Shown piece after piece: positions 11,491-20,796 of a DNA stretch of 64,000 nucleotides (position 1 is its first letter; the number at the start of each line of letters is the position of its first letter). The DNA lies in contig OZ243972.1 in assembly GCA_965214705.1 (NCBI GenBank), positions 2,464,001 to 2,528,000 on the forward strand, given 5' to 3'. The stretch is from Alphaproteobacteria bacterium. Lineage in GTDB: Bacteria > Pseudomonadota > Alphaproteobacteria > UBA828. A program made the position numbers and the translations under genes. The notes below the pieces were generated by a model. That model did no database searches, was not told the DNA's origin, and worked only from the letters and a program-made list of their open reading frames with translations.

Positions 11491-12603
11491 CTAAGCCGCC
11501 GCCCGGTCGCCGAGGGCGCGCCTGAGCCTGGGGATGACCTCGTCGGCCATGAGCCGCATCGAGGTCAGCTGGTGCGCCTTGTGGGTCTCGTTCAGGCAAT
11601 CGGTCGCCGTCATCAGGATGGTGCCGAAGGGCCCCACCTCCTCGCGCAGCGCGAGGATCTCCCGGGCCACCGAGTCCGGGTCTCCCGCGATGGAGAAGGC
11701 GTCGCAGGCGTACTCGGGCGTCACGTCCTCGTCCGCCATCTCGGGCCCGCTCTTCATGATGGCGTGGAAGGCAGCGCGTCTCACCAGTGTCACCAGGTAG
11801 CCGTAGTAGTGGGCGAACGGCCCCTCGGGGTCCCGCACGTAGGCCTTGGCCCAGGCGTTGTCGGCGGCGACGAAGATCGAGCGGGCGACGCGCCAGTCCG
11901 CCGGCCCCGGCTCGCGTCCGCTCCGCGCGCAGCCGTCCGAGAATCCCTGCCAGTGGTTCTTGATGGTCGAGACCGGCACGAAATTGGCCGAGATCACGCC
12001 CCAGCCGCGCGCCGCAGCGCTGCGCACGCCGCCCGAATCCGGGCTCATGGCGGAGGCCACGAGCGGCGGATGCGGCTTCTGGTAGGGCTTGATCATGGCG
12101 CCGACGCCGAGGTCGGGCCAGTGATAGTCCTCCAGCCTCAGGGTCCAGTACTTGCCCCGGATGTCGTAGGGCGGCTCGGTGGACCAGAGCTTGAGCACGG
12201 TCTCGATGGCCTCACCCGCCATCTCGCGGCGGACCTGGAGGTCGGTCACGCCGAACATCTCGAAGTCGCTGACCAGCCCGCCGGGGCTCACGCCCAGGAT
12301 CAGGCGCCCGTCGCTCAGGTGGTCCAGCAGCGCGGCATGGGCCGCGGTCTGCACCGGGTGGCGCTGGGGCAGGTTGACCACGCCGGTGCCGAGCTTCATG
12401 CGGGTCGTCCGCGCGATCAGGTTGGAGAGGAACATGAAGGGGCAGGTCACCGGCTCGCTCAGCGTCGTGTAGTGCTCGCCGATCCAGAACTCGTCGAAGC
12501 CGAGGCGATCGCAGGCGACCGCGATCTCCACGTCTTCCTTGAGCACCGTGTGGGTGTCCCGCCGGTGATCGTTCACCGGCATCATGAACATACCGAGCTT
12601 CAT
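11491..12603 (-). CDS. LLM-class (luciferase-like) flavin monooxygenase
   Basis: MKLGMF, GFDEFWIGEH, LGTGVVNLP, LLDHLSDGRLILGV, KPYQKPHPP. Confidence 0.88.
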   Translation of the reverse strand: MKLGMFMMPVNDHRRDTHTVLKEDVEIAVACDRLGFDEFWIGEHYTTLSEPVTCPFMFLSNLIARTTRMKLGTGVVNLPQRHPVQTAAHAALLDHLSDGRLILGVSPGGLVSDFEMFGVTDLQVRREMAGEAIETVLKLWSTEPPYDIRGKYWTLRLEDYHWPDLGVGAMIKPYQKPHPPLVASAMSPDSGGVRSAAARGWGVISANFVPVSTIKNHWQGFSDGCARSGREPGPADWRVARSIFVAADNAWAKAYVRDPEGPFAHYYGYLVTLVRRAAFHAIMKSGPEMADEDVTPEYACDAFSIAGDPDSVAREILALREEVGPFGTILMTATDCLNETHKAHQLTSMRLMADEVIPRLRRALGDRAAA

Positions 12604-12688
12604 CCTGCCCTCTCCCTAAACCGGGCCGGACTGAAACATGGAGCGCAGTGCGGAGCAAGCGCCGGCCCCGGTCGTAGGCGAGACAGGT

Positions 12689-13726
12689 TCAACACTCTTC
12701 GATCTTGCCGCCGGCGTCACGCCAGGCGGCGATGCCGCCGATCATGTGGCAGACATTGCCGAGCCCGCCCTCGCGCGAGGCATCGACCGCCATGGCCGAG
12801 CGCTCGCCGAAGGCGCAATAGTAGACCAGCCGATGCCCCGGCCGGCCGGCGAGCGCGCGCAAGGCTCCGCCCGGCCGGATCATGCCGGCGAGCTGGCCGT
12901 AGGGTGCGTGGATCGAGTTCGGGATTGTGCCTTCCCGGCTACGCTCCCCTTCCTCCCGCAGGTCGACGAGGATGTCGTCGGGCCGTTGCCCGTGCATGAC
13001 ATCCTGCGCCGTCATCGCGCACTCGGGGTGTGCCTCGTCCGCCTGGCCGCGGCCCACCTGCAGGTTCGCCGGCACCGCCACGTCCATCATCTTGGGGTTG
13101 GCGAGGTTGAGGCCATTCATCAGCGCGGCGTAATCGGCGGGCGTTGCGACTTGCAGGCGCGGGTTGAAGCGCTTCTCCTCGCCGACGGTGCTCACCGTGT
13201 CGCCCTTGTAGTCGTGGCCGGGATAGACCAGCGTCTCCTCGGGCAGGGTCAGCAGCTTGTCGAAGAGCGAGGCGTATTGCTGGAGCGGATCACCGTTCTG
13301 AAAGTCGGTGCGGCCGGTGCCCCGGATCAGCAGCGTGTCCCCGGTGAAGACGCGGTCCTCCATGACGAAGCTGTAGGATTCCGCCGTGTGGCCCGGCGTG
13401 TGCAGCGCGCGCAGACTGACGCCTTCGATCTCCACCGGGTCGCCGTCGCCCACCCGCATCGAGACCACGTCCACCGGCGCCTCCCGGCCCATCACGGTGA
13501 CGCACTTCGTGCGGTCGCGGAGCTCCGCCATGCCGCTGATGTGGTCGGCATGCACGTGGGTATCCACCACCTTGGCGAGGATCAGGTCGAGCTCGTCGAG
13601 CAGCGTCAGATAGCGCTCCACCTGCTCCTGCACCGGGTCGATGATGAGCGCCTCGCCGCCCGCGCGCCCGCCCAGCAGGTAGGTGTAGGTGCCCGAGGCC
13701 ATGTGATAGAGCTGGCGAAAGATCAT
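12689..13726 (-). CDS. MBL-fold persulfide dioxygenase (ETHE1-like) fused to a rhodanese domain
   Basis: DTHVHADHISG, HTPGHT, FTGDTLLIRGTGRTDF, YPGHDY; C-terminal YYCAFGERS rhodanese loop. Confidence 0.88.
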   Translation of the reverse strand: MIFRQLYHMASGTYTYLLGGRAGGEALIIDPVQEQVERYLTLLDELDLILAKVVDTHVHADHISGMAELRDRTKCVTVMGREAPVDVVSMRVGDGDPVEIEGVSLRALHTPGHTAESYSFVMEDRVFTGDTLLIRGTGRTDFQNGDPLQQYASLFDKLLTLPEETLVYPGHDYKGDTVSTVGEEKRFNPRLQVATPADYAALMNGLNLANPKMMDVAVPANLQVGRGQADEAHPECAMTAQDVMHGQRPDDILVDLREEGERSREGTIPNSIHAPYGQLAGMIRPGGALRALAGRPGHRLVYYCAFGERSAMAVDASREGGLGNVCHMIGGIAAWRDAGGKIEEC

Positions 13727-13834
13727 GGTCCGTCGTCCGCCGGTCTATTGGATCGCCTCATTGTAAGGCCTCGCTGCGCCCGCGGGCCACTGGGGAGCGC
13801 TGCCAGCGCAGCCCTCCTCGACTGCAGCTGCTAA

Positions 13835-13983
13835 GGAACCTCTGATTTATCAGGGGTTCCCGTGGCACAGGGATGTGCCACCATTTTCGGTGGCTGTAAG
13901 TCACTGAAAATGTGAGCAAAGCGGAAAGCGCGCTTCCGCCTTGCGCGTCTGAGAAATGCAGGAGGCACTTATTCAGACCTTCC
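13835..13983. mobile_element. 149-bp IS5-type MITE
   Basis: Ends GGAACCTCTGATTTA / TTATTCAGACCTTCC resemble IS5 termini (GGAAGGT..GAATAA); CTAA duplicated at 13831-13834 and 13984-13987; no transposase ORF. Confidence 0.75.
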
Positions 13984-13988
13984 CTAAG

Positions 13989-14642
13989 TCATCTGGGTGG
14001 CGAACCGGTGTCGATCCTGCGCCAGACGGTCGCGAGCCACGGCTGCTCGCGGCGCGGGCGGCCGGGCGGCCGATAGTAGTGGTGCAGCTCGGCGAAGCCC
14101 GCGCCGGTGACGAGGGCGCGCCAGGTCTCCAGGTCCCAGAAGCAGCCGTAGCGCCCGCCGACCCAGCCTTCCTGGTTATCCCCGCGCGGATTGGAGCAGA
14201 ACAGCACGCCCCCGGGCTTCAGCGCTGCCGCGAGGTCGGCGAGCACACGCGCGATCTGGCTGCTCGGCACGTGGAAGAGCGAGGCGTTGGCGAAGATCCC
14301 GTCGAAGCGTGCGGCCGGCAGGTCGAGGGCGAGAAAGTCCTGGTGCAGCACCGGGCAGTCGGTCTCGGCACGGGCGAGGGCGACCAGCTCCGCCGCACCG
14401 TCCAGCCCCACGACCTCGTGCCCGAGTTCGGTGAAGGCCAGCAGGTCGCGGCCCGGCCCGCAGCCGAGATCGAGGATCGCGTAGGGCAGATCGCCCTCGA
14501 TCGCGTCGAGCAGGGCGGCGATGTTCTGGCTCACGTCGTGGTCGGCCGTGCCCTGACGGTACGCGTCCGCCATGCGGTCGTACTCCGCGAGCGTGATGGC
14601 GGTTGCCTCCCGCGCCTCCTCGTCTCGCGGCGATCTATTCAT
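13989..14642 (-). CDS. Class I SAM-dependent methyltransferase
   Basis: ILDLGCGPGRD, FDGIFANASLFH, LKPGG. Confidence 0.88.
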   Translation of the reverse strand: MNRSPRDEEAREATAITLAEYDRMADAYRQGTADHDVSQNIAALLDAIEGDLPYAILDLGCGPGRDLLAFTELGHEVVGLDGAAELVALARAETDCPVLHQDFLALDLPAARFDGIFANASLFHVPSSQIARVLADLAAALKPGGVLFCSNPRGDNQEGWVGGRYGCFWDLETWRALVTGAGFAELHHYYRPPGRPRREQPWLATVWRRIDTGSPPR

Positions 14643-14713
14643 CGAATCAACGCCTTGGCGTCGCGATGGCCGCCGCGGCGCGTCTGCGCTAGACTCGGCG
14701 TAGGGGAGGCCCT

Positions 14714-17080
14714 ATGAGCCAGCTCGTGAACAGGCCGGCCGTCGCGCCGGAGACGCTCGCCTGCCTCAACGCGCTTGAGCGCAAGGTGCTGTGGCTGTCG
14801 TCGTGGATGGTCCACAACGCGAACCACCTGCGCCCGGCACGCGACGGGCTCAAGGTGGGCGGCCACCAGGCCTCGTGCGCTTCGGTGGCGACGCTGATGA
14901 CAGCGCTCTATTTCGACGTGCTCGGGCCGAACGACCGGGTCGCCGTGAAGCCCCACGCAAGCCCGGTGTTTCACGCGATCCAGTACCTCTTCGGTAATCA
15001 GACCCGCCAGAAGCTCGAAGATTTTCGGGCCCTCGGCGGCGCCCAGAGCTACCCGTCGCGCACCAAGGACAGCGACGACGTCGACATCTCCACGGGCTCG
15101 GTCGGGCTCGGGGTGGGCATGACGCTCTTCGCCTCCATGGTTCAGGACTACGTGCACTTCCACAAGCTCGCGCCCGACCAGCGCCCGCCCGGCCGCATGA
15201 TTGCCGTCATGGGCGATGCCGAGCTCGACGAGGGCAACGTCTTCGAGGCGCTGCTGGAGGGCTGGAAGCACGACGTACGAAACCTCTGGTGGATCATTGA
15301 CTATAACCGCCAGAGCCTCGACCGTGTGGTCTCCGACCGCCTGTTCCAGAAGATCAAGGACTTCTTCCAGGCGGTCGGCTGGCAGGTGGTGATCCTGAAG
15401 TACGGCCGCCGCCAGCAGGCCGCCTTCGCCAAGCCCGGCGGCGAGGCGCTCCGCCAGTGGATCGACGACTGCCCGAACGAGCTCTACTGCGCGCTCACCT
15501 TCAAGGGCGGCGCGGCCTGGCGCGAACGGCTCATCCAGGACGTCGGCCACGTCGCCGGCATGAAGGCGCTGCTCGCCGAGTATGACGACGACGGCCTGCA
15601 GGACCTGATGACCAACCTCGCGGGCCACGACATGGAAGCGGTGCTGGAGGCGCTTCGCGAGGTCGATTCCGACGTTCCCCACTGCTTCATCGCGTACACG
15701 ATCAAGGGCTTCGGGCTGCCCTTCGCCGGCCACAAGGACAATCACGCCGGCATCATGAACGAAGAGCAGATGGCCGACTTCCGCGCCTCGATGCACGTGG
15801 ACGAAGGCTCCGAGTGGTCCCGCTTCGCCGGCCTCGGGCTCGACGAGGAGACCCTGGAGCAGTTCATCGGTGCGGTCCCCTTCAACCGCAAGCCGGGCCG
15901 GCATTCGGCGCCGGCTGTGCCGCTGCCCGACGCGCTGCCCTTCCGCCCCGGCCCCCGCATGTCCACGCAGGAGGCCTTCGGCCGCATTCTCAACGAGCTC
16001 GGCAAGGGCGAGAGCCCGCTCGCCGAGCGCATCGTCACCACCTCGCCCGATGTCACGGTCTCCACCAACCTCGGCGGCTGGGTGAACCAGCGCGGCATCT
16101 TCGACCGCGCCGACCGCGAGGACGTCTTCCGCTCCGAGAAGGTCGTCTCGATGCAGAAGTGGTCGCTCAGCCGGAACGGCCAGCACATCGAGCTCGGGAT
16201 CGCCGAGAACAACCTTTTCCTCCTGCTCGCTGCGCTCGGTCTCAGTGACGACTTCTTCGGATCGCGTCTGCTACCGGTGGGTACGGTCTACGACCCCTTC
16301 ATCGCGCGCGGCCTCGATGCGCTGACCTACGCCTGCTATCAGGACGCGCGCTTCCTGCTGGCGGGCACGCCGTCCGGCATCACGCTTGCGCCCGAAGGTG
16401 GCGCGCACCAGTCGGTCGGCACGCCGCTGCTCGGCATGGGCCAGCCGGGGCTCATCTCCTTCGAGCCGGCGTTCGCCGACGAGGTCGCCGAGATCATGCT
16501 GTGGGGCTTCGGCCACCTGCAGGAGCCCGACGGCGGCGCCGTCTACTGCCGCCTCTCCACCCGCACCATCGATCAGCCCGAGCGCGCGATCGACGCGGCG
16601 CTCCGACACGACCTGCTGGCGGGCGGCTACTGGTTGGTGGAACCCGCGCCGGACGCCCCATTGGCGCTGGTCTTTTCCGGCGCCATCGCGCTCGAGGCGC
16701 GGGAGGCCCATGCGGCGCTGACGGAAGAGATTCCGGGCATCGGACTGCTCGCCGTCACCTCTGCCGACCGACTCTACGGCGACTTGATGGGCGCGACCCA
16801 GGTCCGCGCGCGGGGCGAGGCGACGCTCGCGACCCACGCCGAGGCGCTGCTCGGCCGGCTGCCGCCCGACGCCGCGCTCGTCACCGTGCTGGACGGCCAC
16901 CCGGCCGCACTTTCCTGGCTTGGCACCGTCGCTGGCCACCGCGCCTATCCGCTCGGTGTCACGGGCTTCGGCGAGTCCGGCGATATCCCGGCGCTCTACG
17001 CCAAGCACCGGATCGACACCGACGCCATCCTCGACATGGCCGCACTCGCCTGCGTCGACCGCGCCCGCCGCCGCGCCTGA
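14714..17080 (+). CDS. ThDP-dependent AceE/transketolase-like enzyme (pyruvate dehydrogenase E1 family)
   Basis: KVGGHQAS, STGSVGLG, GDAELDEGN ThDP motif, HIELGIAE, EGGAHQS. Confidence 0.8.
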   Translation: MSQLVNRPAVAPETLACLNALERKVLWLSSWMVHNANHLRPARDGLKVGGHQASCASVATLMTALYFDVLGPNDRVAVKPHASPVFHAIQYLFGNQTRQKLEDFRALGGAQSYPSRTKDSDDVDISTGSVGLGVGMTLFASMVQDYVHFHKLAPDQRPPGRMIAVMGDAELDEGNVFEALLEGWKHDVRNLWWIIDYNRQSLDRVVSDRLFQKIKDFFQAVGWQVVILKYGRRQQAAFAKPGGEALRQWIDDCPNELYCALTFKGGAAWRERLIQDVGHVAGMKALLAEYDDDGLQDLMTNLAGHDMEAVLEALREVDSDVPHCFIAYTIKGFGLPFAGHKDNHAGIMNEEQMADFRASMHVDEGSEWSRFAGLGLDEETLEQFIGAVPFNRKPGRHSAPAVPLPDALPFRPGPRMSTQEAFGRILNELGKGESPLAERIVTTSPDVTVSTNLGGWVNQRGIFDRADREDVFRSEKVVSMQKWSLSRNGQHIELGIAENNLFLLLAALGLSDDFFGSRLLPVGTVYDPFIARGLDALTYACYQDARFLLAGTPSGITLAPEGGAHQSVGTPLLGMGQPGLISFEPAFADEVAEIMLWGFGHLQEPDGGAVYCRLSTRTIDQPERAIDAALRHDLLAGGYWLVEPAPDAPLALVFSGAIALEAREAHAALTEEIPGIGLLAVTSADRLYGDLMGATQVRARGEATLATHAEALLGRLPPDAALVTVLDGHPAALSWLGTVAGHRAYPLGVTGFGESGDIPALYAKHRIDTDAILDMAALACVDRARRRA

Positions 17081-17102
17081 CGCAGAAACGCGGGCAAGGA
17101 AT

Positions 17103-17417
17103 TCAGGCGACCCTGCTCCCTGCCGACTGAGCGGCAGAGGCTCGTTCCCGCCGCGCCTGCGCCAGCTCGTAGCTCGCCTGCATCCGCATCCAGTGCTCGG
17201 CGGTGCCCCAGCCGATATCTTCCAGTGCCAGCGCCATGGATGCCGACACGCCGGCCTTGCCGTTGAGCAGCCGCGACAACGTGCCGCGCTCGCAGCCCAA
17301 GTGGCCCGCCGTCTCGGTAACGCTCCAGCCAACCTCGTCCATGCTTTCGCGGATCAACTCGCCCAGGTGCGGCGGGTTCAGCATGGCCTCCACACGATCG
17401 CTATCGTCGTCGCTCAT
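17103..17417 (-). CDS. higA: HigA-family antitoxin (HTH)
   Basis: NPPHLGELIRE...LSRLLNGKAGVSASMALAL...WMRMQASYEL. Confidence 0.88.
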   Translation of the reverse strand: MSDDDSDRVEAMLNPPHLGELIRESMDEVGWSVTETAGHLGCERGTLSRLLNGKAGVSASMALALEDIGWGTAEHWMRMQASYELAQARRERASAAQSAGSRVA

Positions 17418-17436
17418 GAGCCGTTGCTCCTTCCGA

Positions 17437-17709
17437 TCAGTGGTAGTCGACCAGATCCACGTCCACGGCCTCGCCAGCCTCGAAGCGAAACACTACGCGC
17501 AAGTTGCCGGAGACACGGACGCTCCATTGGCCTGCCCGGTCGCCCGTGAGCGGATGCAACCGGAAGCCGGGGGCATCGGCGCTGCGCGGATGGGATGCTT
17601 CCTGCAGCCGGAACAGAATGCGCCGAAGCCGGGGGACCAAGTGTGCGGGCAGTCGCGCCGGGTCGTCCCACTGGTGCAGTGCGCGCAGGCCCTTGTGCCT
17701 GATCCTCAC
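17437..17709 (-). CDS. higB: HigB/RelE-family toxin
   Basis: RIRHKGL...GFRLHPLTGDRAGQWSVRVSGNLRVVFRF...VDYH; toxin-first order; GTG start at 17709. Confidence 0.85.
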   Translation of the reverse strand: MRIRHKGLRALHQWDDPARLPAHLVPRLRRILFRLQEASHPRSADAPGFRLHPLTGDRAGQWSVRVSGNLRVVFRFEAGEAVDVDLVDYH

Positions 17710-17715
17710 GGGAAT

Positions 17716-17744
17716 ACCGTAACGTGTAGCGCTACACGACGCAA
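17716..17744 (-). promoter_or_regulatory. Candidate higBA promoter with palindromic operator
   Basis: TTGCGT-17 bp-TACGGT on the minus strand; the spacer holds the perfect palindrome CGTGTAGCGCTACACG (17723-17738); GTG start 6 nt after the -10 box. Confidence 0.6.
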
Positions 17745-17780
17745 GCGGATACGACCATACTGAATTGCGCGCCGCGCTCT

Positions 17781-18974
17781 TTACGCCGCCGTCCCGGCCT
17801 CTTTGCGCAGGGAGGGCGGCATCCAGCGCACCTGTTTCTCGGTGCCATAGGCGAAGAACTCCGACGGCTTGCGCCGCTGCTTCAGCATCCAGGGGTGCAG
17901 GATCGGCATGTTGTAGTAGAAGCGCGCCGCCCAGTGGGGCCAAAGGATGAGTGGCCACGTGATTGTCGACCAGAGCTGCGTGTGCTCGGAGATCGGCCGC
18001 TGCCGCACCTCCCAGCGCGTGAGTGCCCGGTCGATATCGTCGGTCTCTCGCAGCATGTTGGCGAGCGAAAGCGCGTTCGAGATCGCCGTGCCGCAGCCCT
18101 GGCCGAGGCCAGGCGACATGGCGTGGGCCGAATCGCCTACGATCGCCGCCCGGCCCTTGCTCCAGGCCTTGAGCTTGATCGTCTCGAAGCGGTCGTAGCG
18201 TCCCTCGTCCGGCACGCGGTCGATCATCGATTCGAGGTGCGGAAAGGCCTCGGTCCAGAGCGACTTGGGCAAGGGCAGCCGTGACGCCTCGGTATCGCGC
18301 GCGAGCATGATGAAGGCCAGATAGAAGACCTCTCGCGTGCACGGCGTGTAGAGCACGCGGCGATAGCCGTTCCACCACTCGCGGATGGTGCGCCCCTCTT
18401 CGGTGTCGGCGTAGCCCGGCTCGTGGGGCACGAGCACGCGGATGGCGCCGTCCAAGTGGGGCTTGCGGCTCTTCAGCAGGCCGAGCGAATCGCGCACGTT
18501 GGAGTTGATTCCGTCCGCGCCGATGACCAGGTCCGCCGGCCACTCGCGGCCATCCTCGGTGATCAGCACGCCTTCGGGCCGCGCGCTGGTCGCGGTCGAG
18601 CCGGTGACGATCTCGACGCCCGCGCGCTCCGCCGCGCCCAGAATGGCGCTGAGCAGCTGCTGGCGCGTGATGCAGAACATGCGCGAGCGACCAGTGCTGG
18701 TAATCGGCGCGAAAGGGACCTCGTCGATGTAGCGGCCCTTGGCGTCCCAGCTTATGTAGGTCGGCGCCTCGGTGCAGCCCTCCAGCGCGTCGTCGGCCGC
18801 GCCGATGGCCTTGAGCACGCGCACGCCGTTGTCCCAGATCCAGATGCCGGCGCCGAAGGCGCGGATCTCCTCCGTGCGTTCGTGGACGCGCACGGTCCAG
18901 CCCGCTTGGGCGAGCGCTGCGCCCATGACGAGCCCGGTGAAGCCGCCGCCCGCGATCTCCGCGTGTCGCGTCAT
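17781..18974 (-). CDS. FAD-dependent monooxygenase, MHPCO (hydroxypyridine carboxylate oxygenase)-like
   Basis: AEIAGGGFTG, RAFGAGIWIW, ADLVIGADG, IVGDSAHAMSPGLGQG. Confidence 0.8.
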   Translation of the reverse strand: MTRHAEIAGGGFTGLVMGAALAQAGWTVRVHERTEEIRAFGAGIWIWDNGVRVLKAIGAADDALEGCTEAPTYISWDAKGRYIDEVPFAPITSTGRSRMFCITRQQLLSAILGAAERAGVEIVTGSTATSARPEGVLITEDGREWPADLVIGADGINSNVRDSLGLLKSRKPHLDGAIRVLVPHEPGYADTEEGRTIREWWNGYRRVLYTPCTREVFYLAFIMLARDTEASRLPLPKSLWTEAFPHLESMIDRVPDEGRYDRFETIKLKAWSKGRAAIVGDSAHAMSPGLGQGCGTAISNALSLANMLRETDDIDRALTRWEVRQRPISEHTQLWSTITWPLILWPHWAARFYYNMPILHPWMLKQRRKPSEFFAYGTEKQVRWMPPSLRKEAGTAA

Positions 18975-18997
18975 GCTCTGCCCGCGCCGCGCGCGTT

Positions 18998-19552
18998 CTA
19001 CGCGGCCGCCTCCGCCTCGGTGCGCAGGTGCGGCGGCATCCAACGCACTTGGTCCTCGGTGCCGTAGGCGTGGAACTCAGACGGCTTACGCCGCTGCTTC
19101 AGCACCCAGGGATGCAGAATCGGCATGTTGAAATAAAGCTTCGCCGCCCAGTGGGGCCAGAGCGTGAGCGGCCAGGTGATCGTGGACCAGAGCTGCGTGT
19201 GCTCGGAGATCGGCCGCTGCCGTGCCTCCCAACGCGCGAGCACCCGCTCGATATCGTCGGATTCGCGGAGCATGTTGGCGAGCGAGAGGGCGTTCGAGAT
19301 CGCCGTGCCGCAGCCCTGGCCGAGCCCCGGCGACATGGCGTGGGCCGAATCGCCCACGATCGCCACCCGGCCCTTGCTCCAGGCGTTGAGCTTGATAGTC
19401 TCGAAGCGGTCGTAGCGGCCCTCGTCCGGCACCCGGCCGATCATCGATGCGATGTGCGGGAAGGCCTCGGACCAGACCGCCCGCGGCAGGGGGATCTGGG
19501 CCGCCTCCTCATCTCGCGCGAGCATGGTGAAGCAGAAGTAGAACACCGCGCG
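18998..19552 (-). pseudogene. 3' half of a paralogous FAD monooxygenase, 5' part removed at the island junction
   Basis: Closely matches the C-terminal half of 17781-18974; similarity stops near 19552, just before the integrase region. Confidence 0.85.
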
Positions 19553-19671
19553 GCGCACCTGCGGTGCTAAGTATCTGACATAGGGTCGGTTTTTCTCCCG
19601 CATCTTGTTGCATCCGGACGGATCGGTCAACGCCCGGTTCCCCGGCTGCAATCGCAACCGGGAGAGAGGAC

Positions 19672-20793
19672 ATGCCCAAAACCAACCTCACCGACGCCCG
19701 CATCGGGGCGCTCAAGCCCCGCAAGACCGCCTACGACGTCCGCGACGGCAAGCTCAAGGGGTTCGGCATCCGGGTACTGCCCTCGGGCGGCAAGCGCTTC
19801 TTCGTCCACTGCCAGCATCGCGGCAAACGGGTGTGGAAGATCGTCGGAGACGCCGAGGCGATGAGCGTGATCGAGGCGCGCTCGCGCGCGAGCGGGATGC
19901 TGGCCGCGATCAGGCGGGGCGACACCGCGCCGCCCCGTCCCGAGGAGGCGCTCTTCGAGGCCGTCGCGGAGACCGTATTCCGACAACACGAGCGGGTCTG
20001 GAAGCCGCGCACGCTCGCTGTCAACCGGGGCTACCTCCGCAACCAGATCATGCCCCATTTCGCGGGGCGCAATGTCGCCGATATCGACCGGCGCGAGGTG
20101 CGCGACTGGTTCGCCTCGCTCGCCGCGACGCCGGCCGCCGCCGACAGGTCGATGCCGATCCTCTCCGTCGTCATGAAGGAGGCGGAACGGATGGGGCTGC
20201 GGCCCGAGGGCTCCAACCCCTGCCGGGGCATCCGGCGATACCGCCGCAAGGGGCGCCAGCGGTTCCTGTCGGACGACGAGATCCGGAGGCTCTCCCGGGC
20301 GCTCGCGGCGCACGCCGAGGCGTGTCCGGGGCAGGTCGCCGCGATCCGCCTGCTCCTTTTGACCGGATGCCGAAAGAGCGAGATCCTGACGCTCCGCTGG
20401 TCCGACTACCGCGAGGGCCGCCTGTTCCTGCGCGACTCCAAGACCGGACCGAGGACCGTATGGCTGTCCGCGCCCGCGCGGGCCGTCCTCGACGGCATCG
20501 CGCGGACCGGCCGTTGGGTCTTTCCGTCGCCCCATACCGGACGCGCGCACTGCGAACACTGGCTGGACAGCTTCTGGTGGCGCATCCGGGCGGAGGCCGA
20601 TCTCGGCGACGCCCGTCTTCACGATCTCCGCCATACCCATGCCAGCATCGCGCTGCGCGAGGGCGAGACCGTGCTCGCCATCGGCAGACTGCTCGGACAT
20701 GCCGATCCGGGGACCACCCTCAAGTATGCCCACCCGGCCGACGCGATGACGCGGCAGGCCGCCGAGACCATCGGCGCCCTGCTGGGGAGCTGA
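19672..20793 (+). CDS. Tyrosine recombinase/integrase with N-terminal arm-DNA-binding domain
   Basis: LTDARI..YDVRD..GFGIRV; LTGCRKSE, DSKTG, HDLRH, LLGH, LKYAH. Confidence 0.92.
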   Translation: MPKTNLTDARIGALKPRKTAYDVRDGKLKGFGIRVLPSGGKRFFVHCQHRGKRVWKIVGDAEAMSVIEARSRASGMLAAIRRGDTAPPRPEEALFEAVAETVFRQHERVWKPRTLAVNRGYLRNQIMPHFAGRNVADIDRREVRDWFASLAATPAAADRSMPILSVVMKEAERMGLRPEGSNPCRGIRRYRRKGRQRFLSDDEIRRLSRALAAHAEACPGQVAAIRLLLLTGCRKSEILTLRWSDYREGRLFLRDSKTGPRTVWLSAPARAVLDGIARTGRWVFPSPHTGRAHCEHWLDSFWWRIRAEADLGDARLHDLRHTHASIALREGETVLAIGRLLGHADPGTTLKYAHPADAMTRQAAETIGALLGS

Positions 20794-20796
20794 GCC

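Noticed and set aside
17710-18543. 368-aa extended version of HigB
   Set aside because: The extension is an alternative frame of the monooxygenase gene; only the last 90 codons resemble HigB.
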